From contig NW_021836577.1 of the NCBI RefSeq assembly GCF_006345805.1, positions 1 to 24,171 of the forward strand: a stretch of DNA of 24,171 nt, in the 5' to 3' direction. Positions 1 to 10,473 of this stretch are shown piece by piece; within the stretch, counting starts at the first letter, position 1; the number at the start of each line of letters is the position of its first letter. Both the position numbers and the translations under genes were made by a program. The DNA is from Octopus sinensis. Lineage: Eukaryota. The notes under the pieces were generated by a model, which searched no databases, had not been told where the DNA came from, and saw nothing but the letters and a program-made list of their open reading frames with translations.

Positions 1-365
1 GTCTTCTACTATAGCCTCGAACCGACCAAAGCATTGTGAGTGGATTTGGTAGGCGGAAACTGAAAGAAACCAGTCGTATATATATGTGTGTGTGTATGCG
101 CGCGCGCGTGCGCGCGCTTGTGTGTGTGTGTGTACACGTGTGTGTGTATGTTTGTGTGTCTGTGTTTGTTCCCCTCAATATCACTTGACAACCGATGCTG
201 GTGTGTTTACGTCCCCGTAACTTAGCGGTTCGGCAAAAGAGACCGATAGAATAAGTACTAGGCTTACAAAGAATAAATCTTGGGGTCGATTTGCTCGACT
301 AAAGGTGGTGCTCCAGCATGGCCACTGTGAAGTGACTGAAGCAAGTAAAAAGAGTAAAGAGAGTA
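1..365 (+). mobile_element. SINE family A copy, 5' head cut off by window edge, with internal (TA)/(TG) microsatellite
   Basis: Colinear with the full copy at 19828-20300 (gtcttctactatagcctcg...ggaaactgaaag...cttgacaaccgatgctgg...gatagaataagtactaggcttacaaagaataa...ctccagcatggc...gactgaa) and ends in an A-rich short-repeat tail. Confidence 0.9.
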
Positions 366-469
366 TGGCTACTGAGGAAAGATATAGATAAATGGTTTCT
401 GGGGAGCTTTGCATGTCATGTACAGAAGTACTTTGCATGAAGTGAGTTAACAATCGGTCCTATGGACAA

Positions 470-695
470 TTTAACATACGGGTAGGTGTCCACCAGGGCT
501 AGGTTTTCTGCACCCACCTGTTTGTTACAGTTTTCCAGGCCATAACAGATGTTTAAGACCAGCTATCTGTGGGAAGTCTTCTATGCTGATGACCTAGCTC
601 TTAAGGCTAAATCTATCGAAGATTTAGAGGGGAGATTCCATATTTGGAAGCATAAACTCTAATTATCAGGCATCAAAGTAATCTTAGCCAAGACT
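470..695 (+). pseudogene. Decayed RTE-clade LINE reverse transcriptase fragment
   Basis: Manual translation gives VGVHQG* (482-502), then after a frameshift FKTSYLWEVFYADDLALKAKSIEDLEGRFHIWKHKL*LSGIKVILAKT. YADD is at 582-593. This matches the RTE RT pattern GVHQGS...WELLYADDL...W...L...G+KVN..KT. Confidence 0.85.
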
Positions 696-876
696 TTTTC
701 CACCAGGAACCTTTCGTAACGCCTCCCCCTTTTGGGAGATTTTCATTGTTATAATCTTTCGTTGTTGAAGTGTTTTTACTCGATTTTACAAACGGAAAAA
801 CCTTTGTAACCATTCGTCCTGTTTTGTCCCTTTATGTGATAATTTATTTTTGTCAGCCCTTGTGGCCAAAAAAAAA

Positions 877-918
<42 letters not shown>

Positions 919-919
919 T
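696..919 (+). mobile_element. 5'-truncated 3' end of an L1/Tx1-like LINE with (TTA)n tail, inserted into the RTE fragment
   Basis: Near-identical to 7600-7790 (ccaccaggaacctttcg...gtcagcccttgtggccaa). The terminal motif resembles the 3' end of the Tx1-like element at 7851-7910 (-). (TTA)n follows at ~878-916. Confidence 0.7.
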
Positions 920-1050
920 TGTTAATTGGAATGAAGAAAAGACCATACCACCGTAGGGGCTGCTGCCGCGCTCAGTCTGCAAGAAAGTGGGCAGCTAGGA
1001 GTTGCATGTGGTGTGTAAGTAAGTCTGGATCCAAATAAGAGTCGGTAAAC
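920..1050 (+). pseudogene. Probable continuation of the RTE fragment (Cys-rich post-RT region)
   Basis: Degenerate SVCKKVG...VCK..W pattern resembles the CSICRKGVG..S..C..CK.W.HK segment that follows RT in these RTEs; heavily mutated. Confidence 0.4.
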
Positions 1051-1104
1051 GGGAGCTTCATTGGATTTTCAAGGCATTTGGGTGATTAAGAGTACAGACA
1101 CCTA

Positions 1105-1275
1105 AACAGAAGCCAATCCATCGCAGGGTTGACATATTTCTGCCGCTGGTGCTCTATTTTCAGCTGGTTGGACTGGAGTAACGTGAAATTAAGTGCATTG
1201 CTGAAGGACACAACGCGCCGAACAGACCGAGAATCGAACGCATGGCCACATGATCGTGAATCTAACAACCTACAG
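1105..1275 (-). mobile_element. Degenerate SINE family B variant (tRNA head + CORE-like domain)
   Basis: cagctggttggactggagtaacgtgaaattaagtgcattgctgaaggacacaacgcg...gaatcgaac matches 3001-3075. ccatcgcagggtt is shared with the 2010-2230 copy. Confidence 0.75.
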
Positions 1276-1289
1276 TAGAATGGACTGCT

Positions 1290-1960
1290 TTTAATGATTG
1301 CGTGGACGAGTTGATCCTCTGATGTAGAAGAACGAACGAATTGGGACAACGTTGAGAGCTTCGATGACAAGTCTTTGAGGCTTGTGACAGAACGAAGCAA
1401 CACTGATGCTGAGTGTCTCGTGAGTCAACAACAAGCAAAGTCCTTAATTAAGGACAAGCCATTATGCCTTGCATTCGTTGAAAACCAATTACATATGAAA
1501 GCCGTGCAAACCATGTACAGAAATCCGTCAGCAAGGCGTGCCTGTAATGAGTTGAACGAAGAATTTAGCGGAAAGGCTGGTGTCCATTATGGCTCTGTTC
1601 TCAACGTCCCACACCCCGCCATTTGTTGCAAGAAGTCAGGCGATAATAGAAGAATTGGCGACTAGTTATCGATGGGAACCCTTGTATTGATATTACCGGT
1701 TGCCTAGTTCTTGCAGCTGAAGCTTTCGAAGATTTAGAAAAATTCCAAATGTAGGAGCAACGCCTAGAGTCGACAGACCTCAAAGAAAAGGGATCTATAA
1801 CAAATATTTCTTGCTAGAAGATATGATTCGTGCCATCAGAGAATTAGCCATGAACCATATGCGGGGAAAAGAGCAGCTAGGAATCTTAGACGGTGCATTC
1901 TGTGTAAATTACGAATGCACAAAAAATACGGTGGGCCTGAGGCAGACTGACAAAAAGAAG
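1290..1960 (+). pseudogene. Second decayed RTE-clade RT fragment
   Basis: ORF 1375-1665 reads RSNTDAECLVSQQQAKSLIKDKPLCLAFVE...AVQTMYR...EEFSGKAGVHYGSVL. Downstream frames give LVLAAEAFEDLEKFQM*EQRLES and RNLRRCILCKLRMHKK. All are RTE RT/post-RT signatures, with deletions and stops. Confidence 0.8.
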
Positions 1961-2009
1961 GGAAACATTTGTAGTAAGTAAGCTTGGTTAGTCCACATTA
2001 CGCTTTTAA

Positions 2010-2230
2010 CAAACACAGAGTCGGTTTCCTGATTTCTCTAGCTTAAAAATATTCCCTCCTGGATGGGACGCTAGTCCATCGTAGGGTTACTCGTTTTTTT
2101 TTTACCAGCTGACTGAACTCGAGCAACGCGAAATGAAGTGTTTAGTTTAAGAACCCAACGCCTCACCCGGTCCAGGAATCGAAACCACAATCTTACGATC
2201 ATAAGTCCAACATTCTAACCACTTAGCACA
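2010..2230 (-). mobile_element. SINE family B variant with alternative 3' part
   Basis: tRNA-like head (rc of ggaatcgaaacc...ttacgatc...ctaaccact) plus a CORE-like block shared with 2806-3130. Its 3' part (rc gtaaccctacgatggactagcgtcccatccagg) differs from the B copies at 2806-3497. Confidence 0.75.
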
Positions 2231-2279
2231 TATCCGTAGTGAGTAATAAAAGAAATTGAGAAATAATTTCGTATTAAAT

Positions 2280-2440
2280 GCTTGGAAGTCTTCCTAGAAT
2301 TAGTTGATTTTGTTAATTGGGTAACCTAATTATCAGCGGTGTTGAATGTGCTAAAGCATTTTTCACAAAATAAGAGCGAGGGGGCAAAAGTTCACATAGA
2401 GATGTTAACTTCTCGTAGTAAAAGTATTTAGTCTCTAAAT
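2280..2440 (+). pseudogene. Further RTE remnant downstream of the SINE insertion
   Basis: Degenerate LELVD..LGNLIISGVEC resembles the RTE 'LEVVDSF.YLG..IS.GG.C' thumb region. Confidence 0.4.
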
Positions 2441-2750
2441 CAGGGGTTCGTATAAAATTTTGGATGGTACATGCAACAAAACAGTATTATTGAGGATCCA
2501 CAATAATATTTTAAAAGCTCCTGAGACGATTTTGCTTCAGAGGTATGTATTGGTCTGTATAGGCAAGAAACAACCAGGTTTCTTTCTCTGACATTTTACA
2601 TAGTTCAACTTACACAAGTTGACATGTGAAAAATAAAATAGGAATTTTGAAATAAGTTTCTATAAAACAATATTTTAAACACCGAATGGCTATGGGGGTC
2701 AACCAAAATAAGATAGTAATCAAAGGGGTTGATAGATAAAAAATGTTGTG
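2441..2750. mobile_element. hAT-type MITE remnant
   Basis: Starts CAGGGGTTC. Its right part (taaacaccgaatggctatgggggtc...atcaaaggggttgatagataaaaaatgttg) resembles the right end of the MITE at 17900-17991. Confidence 0.55.
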
Positions 2751-2805
2751 TGGAATCTCGTCGTATACATACATACATACATACATACATACATACATAC
2801 ATACA

Positions 2806-3130
2806 TAAAGACTCCGCCGGTTACGACGACGAGGGTCCCAGCTGATACGATCAACGGAACAGCTTGCTCGTGAAATTAACGTGCAAATGGCTGAGCATTC
2901 CACAGACACGTGTACCCTTAACGTAGTTCTCGGGGATAATCAGCGTGACACAGAGAGTGACAAGGCTGACCCTTTGAAATACAAGTACAACTCATTTTTG
3001 CCAGCTGAGTGGACTGGAGCAACGTGAAATAAAGTGTCTTGCTCAAGGACACAACGCGTCGCCGGGAATCGAACTCACAACCTTACGATCATGAGCCGAA
3101 TGCCCTAACCACTAAGCCACGCGCCCTCAC
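2806..3130 (-). mobile_element. Full-length SINE family B, copy 1
   Basis: Minus strand begins gagggcgcgTGGCTTAGTGG (A box)...GTTCGATTCC (B box), then tgtgtccttgagcaagacacttt (CORE-like). Embedded in (TACA)n. Confidence 0.9.
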
Positions 3131-3173
3131 ATAATACAAAATACAAACATACATACATACATACATACATTCA

Positions 3174-3497
3174 TAAAGACTCCGCCGGTTACGACGACGA
3201 GGGTCCCAGCTGATACGATCAACGGAACAGCTTGCTCGTGAAATTAACGTGCAATGGCTGAGCATTCCACAGACACGTGTACCCTTAACGTAGTTCTCGG
3301 GGATAATCAGCGTGACACAGAGAGTGACAAGGCTGACCCTTTGAAATACAAGTACAACTCATTTTTGCCAGCTGAGTGGACTGGAGCAACGTGAAATAAA
3401 GTGTCTTGCTCAAGGACACAACGCGTCGCCGGGAATCGAACTCACAACCTTACGATCATGAGCCGAATGCCCTAACCACTAAGCCACGCGCCCTCAC
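3174..3497 (-). mobile_element. Full-length SINE family B, copy 2 (tandem duplicate of copy 1)
   Basis: Identical to 2806-3130 by eye except one A missing in gtgcaa(a)tgg. Confidence 0.9.
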
Positions 3498-3499
3498 AT

Positions 3500-3537
<38 letters not shown>

Positions 3538-3551
3538 CATACATACATATA

Positions 3552-4623
3552 CAGAGCGCGATGTGTAAACTGTCAACATTTTACAGTTTTAATTTCGCGC
3601 ATGCGCATTTTTTGTTTTTGAGTTTGTCGACTACACGGTATAGCAGGGTCAATTGGGCACCGTCCGTGAGGAAAATAGCACCATGACGCAATTCACTCTG
3701 CCAGAAATTTGGGAGCGACATGCTGCACTGGTTGGCATTCGCACCAAAAGTTCCAATATGAACATTTCAGAGTGTTTGGATGTCAATCTGAGGAGAGTGC
3801 AGAGGATTCAGAAAGAGTTGGATGAGTCTAATGGTGATTACTGAAGTACGGCTGCTCAGAAAACTCACTCTGATCATTCTGATAAGAAAAGAACTCCTGA
3901 ATTGTTTGGTGAGATCCAGGCCATGATTGACAACGATCCCCACAAGTCAATCAGGTCCATTGCCAGGGACATGGGTTGTGACTGAGTTTCTTATCAGGCA
4001 GGTACAGAAGATGAGAAAGGGCCAATATTTATCTCAAGCCATCAAGAACAAGAGGAAAGACCACGCTATGAAGCTTTTAAACAAACTGAAGCATCCCCTC
4101 CAACCAAACATGTTTTGGTTTTTCTCAGACAAGAAACATTTCTGCCAGGGTCAGATGGGGAACACCGTGTCCCCAAAACATGTACGGAGAGTGATAAAAA
4201 TCAAACATTCAGTCAACATCATGGTGTTTGGAATGATCACTAGTGATGGTAACGTTATGCCTCAATTCATCTCACCACACAGCCTCAGATTCAACACGAA
4301 GGCCTACATCAAGTGTCTAGAGGGGGTAGTGCTGCCCTGGGTCAAGAGGGTAGCTGCTGGAAGACCCCGTGTCTGGCAACAGGACTCTACACCATGCCAT
4401 ACAAGCAGGAGAACCCAGTCATAGCTTTCAGACAATTTCTGCAACATCACCCCTAACATCTGCCCATCTAACTCCCCAGATTCCAACCCCCTTGATTATG
4501 TGTGGGGTGCAGTTGAGTGAGAGACCAACAAAACTCCTTGTAACACCAAAGATGAACTGAAGGCAATAACTGCAGCATTCGCCAGCAGAAGAGTTTCAGG
4601 ACATTTCGAAGTCGTCTGGAGGC
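3552..4623 (+). mobile_element. Decayed Tc1/mariner DNA transposon, maT/DD37D-like, 3'-truncated
   Basis: TA then CAG.G TIR-like start at 3550-3560. Transposase from ATG 3683 has an HTH region (ISECLDVNLRRVQRI; SIRSIARDMG), then WFFSDKK, IMVFGMITSDG and VWQQDSTPCHTS...NSPDSNPLDYVWG. Stops and frameshifts are present and no right TIR was seen. Confidence 0.9.
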
Positions 4624-4679
4624 ACAATACACACACACGCACGAGCTCGTACACACGCACACATTCACGCACACATACT

Positions 4680-4815
4680 TCTGTGTGCGTGTCTATGTGA
4701 CCATGTTAATCCTGCCCACCACCGCTTGACAACCGGTGTTGGTTTATTAACGTCTCCGCAAGTTAGCATTCCAGCGAAACAGACCAATAGAATAAATACC
4801 GTGCTTTCAAAATAA
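4680..4815 (+). mobile_element. SINE family A internal/3' fragment, old
   Basis: cgcttgacaaccggtgttggtttattaacgtctccgcaagttagc...gaccaatagaataaatacc matches the family A body. Confidence 0.7.
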
Positions 4816-5064
4816 CTCTGCTTAATCCATTTTGCTCGCCTATCAAAAACCAGGTTCCACTGCTCCCTACTAAACAGATGAATGCTTGGTGTTAAGAAGG
4901 GACATCGGGAAGCTGTTTACCTACGTTCCATCGCTCCCTATTTCACAGGATAAAGCAGAAAAAGACACGAGTAGATGTAGAAACAACTATTCTATGAAAT
5001 AAACCGTTCTGACAATGTAAAAAACATTGAAACGTTGCATTTATTAACTGAAATAGTTGGTCTT

Positions 5065-5625
5065 CTCGTGACCGTTGAATTATGGGTCGTCTTGTGAATG
5101 TTGAATTATGAAACTTCCGGTGATTGTTGAAATGTAAGACTTCCGGTGACTGAACTGTGGGGATTCTAGAGCTTTGGATCTTGCGAAAACTGAATTGTGG
5201 GACTTCCGGTGACTAAATTATAGATCATTTTGAGAATGTCGGTTAGTGGGACATCCGGTGATTGTTCTGTAGAGCTTCTAGTGACTGAACTATAGTACTT
5301 CCGGTGACTTTCTTTTTGTAAATGCTGAATTGCAGTGCGTCTGGTGACTGAACTATGGGACTTCCGGTGACTGAACTGTAGGACTTCCGGTGACTGAGTT
5401 GTAGGTCTTATTATAAATGTTGAAGTGTGGGATTCTTCCGGTAACTGAAATGTGCACCTTTTTATGAGTGTTGAATTGTGGGACATCCGGTGAATATATA
5501 ATTGTGGGACTTCCGGTGAATATATAATTGTAGGACTTCCGGTGAATGTAGAATTGTGGGACTTCCGGTGAATGTAGAATTGTGTGACTTCCGGTGACAG
5601 TAGAATTGTGGGCCTTTTTATGAAT
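5065..5625. repeat. Irregular minisatellite, 23-26 bp units with core GACTTCCGGTGA
   Basis: 10 exact ACTTCCGGTG, 2 ACATCCGGTG and other variants; regular 26-bp units at ~5480-5610. Confidence 0.9.
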
Positions 5626-5671
5626 GTCCATTTGTGAGTCTTCAGGTAATTTTAATGACTTCAATAGTCGT

Positions 5672-5705
<34 letters not shown>

Positions 5706-5991
5706 TGGTCACTTTCGCTCAGCCTTATGTTTTGGTTATTACAGAAAATATTAAGATAGAAATGACATACAGTTCTGCAAATAATATAGTTTGAATATAC
5801 ACAGACATTAACACTATAGCCAGTTATAGGATCGTTCTCTCTCCAAAATATGTGTAGCTTTCACCGATAAAAGATATATTTAAAAATTGGGGCACAGTCA
5901 CAATATGTCAAACAGATTCATTGTGTCACAATATTGATTTTAGCTTAAGTCTGACCTATTCTATTGAGAAGTGTTGCATCTGGAAAACTAG

Positions 5992-6900
<909 letters not shown>

Positions 6901-7119
6901 CAGAGGTTTCATACTTAATTACTAGTGGTGACCTGAATAATTATGAATACATTATAACTGCTGATGAATGAATGAATGCTTTCCAAGAACTAAAAGGTCA
7001 AATCAACAACCGCCGCCTTCTCCGCTTTAAAGGTCATACAATATCGCTGTACGAAAAACGTGAGATGTTTCATACCTAGCATACTCTAACCAGTCGCTCT
7101 ATCAGAATGAGTAACAGTA

Positions 7120-7481
7120 GTTTCAAATTTCGATACAAGGCCAGATGTTTCCGGGAACCCCAGTCTTTAACTGGTACTTATTTTATCGACCTGAAAGGAT
7201 AAATAATAAAAGTCGAAATTGAATTCAGAACGTATAGACGGATGAAATGCCTATTTCTTTATTACCCACAAGGGGCTAAACACAGAGAGGACAAACAAAG
7301 ACAGACGAACGGATTAAGTCGATTATATCGACCCCAGTGCGTAACTGGTACTTATTTAATCGACCCCGAAAGGATGAAAGGCAAAGTTGACCTAGGCGGA
7401 ATTTGAACTCGGAACGTAGCGGCAGACGAAATACTGCTAAGCATTTCGCCCGGCATGCTAACGATTCTGCCAGCTGACCGC
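7120..7481 (-). mobile_element. SINE family C composite: monomer with Tx1-like tail joined to a 5'-truncated second monomer
   Basis: Minus strand: ctggcagaatcgttagc...gagttcaaattcc (tRNA-like head), gcctttcatcctttcggggtcgattaaataagtaccag (Nin/Deu-like domain), tail tttagccccttgtgggtaataaagaaatag. A second monomer restarts at 7250. Confidence 0.85.
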
Positions 7482-7539
7482 TTTCATGCTACTAATTCCA
7501 TTCTGAGATTACACCTGTGATTTAAAAAGTTAATATAAA

Positions 7540-7785
7540 AGGAGAAAGGGGCTCTCCCCCCCCTTTTTTTTTGACCAAGCTCCCGTTGGTTTTTATGGGT
7601 TTTTTCCACCAGGAACCTTTCGTGACGCCTCCCCCTTTTGGGAGATTTTCATTGTTATAATATTTCGTTGTTAAACTGTTTTTTACTCGATTTTACAAAC
7701 GGACAAAACCCTTTGTAACCATTCGTCCTGTTTTGTCCATTTATGTGATAATTGATTTTTGTCAGCCCTTGTGGCCAATAAAAGA

Positions 7786-7850
<65 letters not shown>
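7540..7850 (+). mobile_element. L1/Tx1-like LINE 3'UTR fragment with AATAAA and (TTA)n tail
   Basis: Longer copy of 696-877; ends gtcagcccttgtggccAATAAAagaa followed by (TTA)n at 7788-7850. Confidence 0.75.
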
Positions 7851-7851
<1 letters not shown>

Positions 7852-8077
7852 TCATTTATTGGCTACTAGGGCCGACATATAGGGGACAATACAGTAGACA
7901 TGGACAGTGGGGATTTTACACAACAGGTACACAATTAAAACAATAACAATAATATCAAACAAAAAATATCACAATGAAAGTACCTGGTGTTGGCTCAGGT
8001 ACCCCACTAATCCTGGGCCACTCGACGCATCGAGGGCATCCGGGAAGGGCACCTTTCTCCCTCTCAAATTCACTAGC

Positions 8078-9035
8078 CTACAGGCGCGTTATTAGAGTAG
8101 GTCCACTCACACGGGCCATTTTCGCTACATTCAACCACCATTTGGCAAATGTACTGGGAGGCAACTCTCCCCTCTCTTCCCTCATCTTCCGTTCCAAGTG
8201 AATTTTGAAAAAAGTTGATGAGGGATTGGCCGAAGAGAAAAGTGTCTATCTTCAAGTTTTTCAACCTGATCCACCATACAACCTCTTTCGCTACTGCTAT
8301 CAGAGAGAGGAAAATTTCCTGCCCTTCTGGACCAATGGAAGGCGGCGGATCGACTTTCATTATGGACTCAGCTGATAGCCGGATCCATCCAACATAACTC
8401 CACAAATCTGTAATGCAAGACACTGGACAAGTGCGTGAAGAACGGTTTCGTCGCTCAACGCGCATCTCCGGCAGGTCCGTCTGACAGCACTTCCGTGCCT
8501 GTAGAGTTTATCGCGAAACGGCAGTGCCCTTAATCCCGGTAGCACTGCTAAGCTAGTGATTTCTGGAAGTTATCCATCGTCCCCGGCTCGAAAGTCTCCT
8601 GAACAGATTGGTCAGTTCGACTTCGTCAACGCCTAACGTCTCTTCAAGTGCGTCATCGCACTTTTCCTCCACTAACCCTCTATAGAACTCAAGAGTGGAT
8701 GTTCCATTAATCGCATTGCCCGACTGATAGAAGGCAGCGTGTGCCTGGCAATCTTCCAGATGCCAGTCACCCTAGTTCGGTCTCTTCTTGACCCGGGACT
8801 GCAGCTCAGTCAAGGAGACGAGCTGGGGAAAAGCCTGTTTGGCAAACGGCGACAACACCTGTTCACCGTTTAGGCAGAATATCTGGAGATGCCGCAATCT
8901 CTGTGCATGTCTGCGCATCATTAGCCACGGCATGCGCAGCCCTCCACGTAGAGGGTGTTGGGAGCAGATAGACCACCTCACCAATGGAACCTGTCCCCTC
9001 CACAAGAATTTGAAGAGAAGGCGCTCCATTTTGGC
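8078..9035 (-). pseudogene. L1/Tx1 ORF2 C-terminal region with CCHC zinc finger (zf-RVT-like), disrupted
   Basis: Reads MERLLFKFLWRGQVPLVRWSICSQHPLRGGLRMP (F.W.G...V......P...GGL..P motif), ALPFRDKLYRHG...TCRRCALSDETVLHALVQC (CxxC...ET..H....C), AVAKEVVWWIR and ...FAKWWLNV...RL*. Confidence 0.9.
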
Positions 9036-9059
9036 TGGACATCCTAAACTATTACTATT

Positions 9060-9828
9060 TATTTTCCTAGTGAAAATCCTAGATAGGACCAGTCCTCTCT
9101 GGCAGTTCTTGTTACTTCTATCGGGACAGTATCCGTCCCCTCCACGATTACGCATACCAGAAGCCACCAAATATCAAGTCCTGGTGGGATCCTAAGAATG
9201 CGGACACGTGCTGTACATTTCACCTGGTGGGAGGGATACATAATGACTTTGCTGGTTTTGCAAGGACTCACTGAATGTTCGTAGCGAGATCTTCTGACTT
9301 AAACAGTACCGAAATGATGCTGTTTTATTTCCCCCTTGCTATGTACTCTATGTCATCTCTGATGCACCTCAGCGCCTCTTCAGTATCTACTTGTGCTATT
9401 AAAGCCGTTCTTTTTGTCTCTGTTGAGATGCATCTGAAAAGCAGCGTTCTTCTCTCTACTGCTTCAGCTGCCTCTGACGGAATAGTTAGAATGGCCCGTG
9501 TCTTTTCTTGTTTAATTCGTTTCCATGCCTGCGTTAGCATTTCGTCCCTATTTGTGAGGTCTACAGTAAAGCGTTGTTTCTTTTCGCTGCTGCTGCTGCC
9601 GCGAACGTGCTTTTGCTGTTGGATATGTTCTCGTTGATGTTGTTGCAGTTGTTACTGCTGCTGCCGTTATTGTTGTTGTCGTTGTTCACGTCGATGTTGT
9701 TGGTACTGGTTTTGATGTTGTTGCTGGTGTCACTTTTGCTATCGTTGTTGCTGTTGTTGTTATCGCTACTGCCGCTGTAGTTGCTCTCTCTTTCGTTGTT
9801 GTTCTTGTTGTTGCTGCTGCTGCTGCTG

Positions 9829-9891
<63 letters not shown>

Positions 9892-10473
9892 TTACTACCA
9901 TTTCTGCTATCACTCTTGCGGCTGCTTCTTATTTGTTTGTTGAGCGAAGCGGTCTTCGTCCTTGGGAGAAGTCCGAAACGTGGTCCTTTGCTATTCGTAA
10001 GACCCGCAGAAGAGAAAGCAGGTCAACCCCCGACAATGAGAGCATCGACGGATGGATGAATGTGCATCCAGGCTCAGCGGTTGTGTAGGAAGTCGGGGAT
10101 AAGAAACAGGAAGAAAGAGTGAGAGAAAGTTGGAGCGAAAGAGTACAACAGGTGTCACCACCAGCCCCTGCCCGAGCCTCGTTGAACTTTAGGTGTTTTC
10201 GCTCAATAAACACACACAACGCCCGGTCTGGGAATCGAACCCGCGATCCTCCGACCGCGAGTCCGCTGCCCTAACCACTGGGCCATTGCGCCTCCTGCGG
10301 CTGCTGCTGTTGTCACTACTACCACTATTGCTATTACTGTTACTACTACTGTTACTACAAGGTGGACTTTGTACTGTAACTGTCTCGATTTTCTTCCTCT
10401 CCTTCTCCCTGTATTGTTGCCAGTAACGGGGGGGGGAAGAAGGAGGGAAATCTTCAGTAGTCACCAAATTCAT
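9060..10473 (-). pseudogene. Putative LINE ORF1 (nucleic-acid-binding, RRM-like), split by SINE D and frameshifts
   Basis: MNLVTTEDFPP..., a Ser/Asn-rich tract and TFAAAAAK, then RTLLFRC...IEYIARGK*NSIISVLFKSEDLA...MYPS...TARVRILRIPPGLD. This resembles L1/Tx1 ORF1 RRM regions by pattern recognition only. Confidence 0.6.
9927..10295 (-). mobile_element. Full-length tRNA-derived SINE family D with 10-bp TSD
   Basis: Head GGAGGCGCAATGGCCCAGTGG (A box)...GGTTCGATTCC (B box); tail caacaaacaaataaga; TSD tgcggctgct at 9917-9926 and 10296-10305; CpG-rich. Confidence 0.9.

Noticed and set aside
3683-4623. Functional transposase gene
   Set aside because: In-frame stops (3842, 4422, 4518), frameshifts, internal deletions and a missing 3' end.
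5065-5625. CRISPR-like repeat/spacer appearance
   Set aside because: The core is only ~12 bp, the linkers are related to each other and uneven in length, there are no cas genes, and the context is eukaryotic.
10215-10295. tRNA gene
   Set aside because: A and B boxes are present, but no acceptor stem closes and the sequence continues into a SINE body with TSDs. The same applies to the family B heads.
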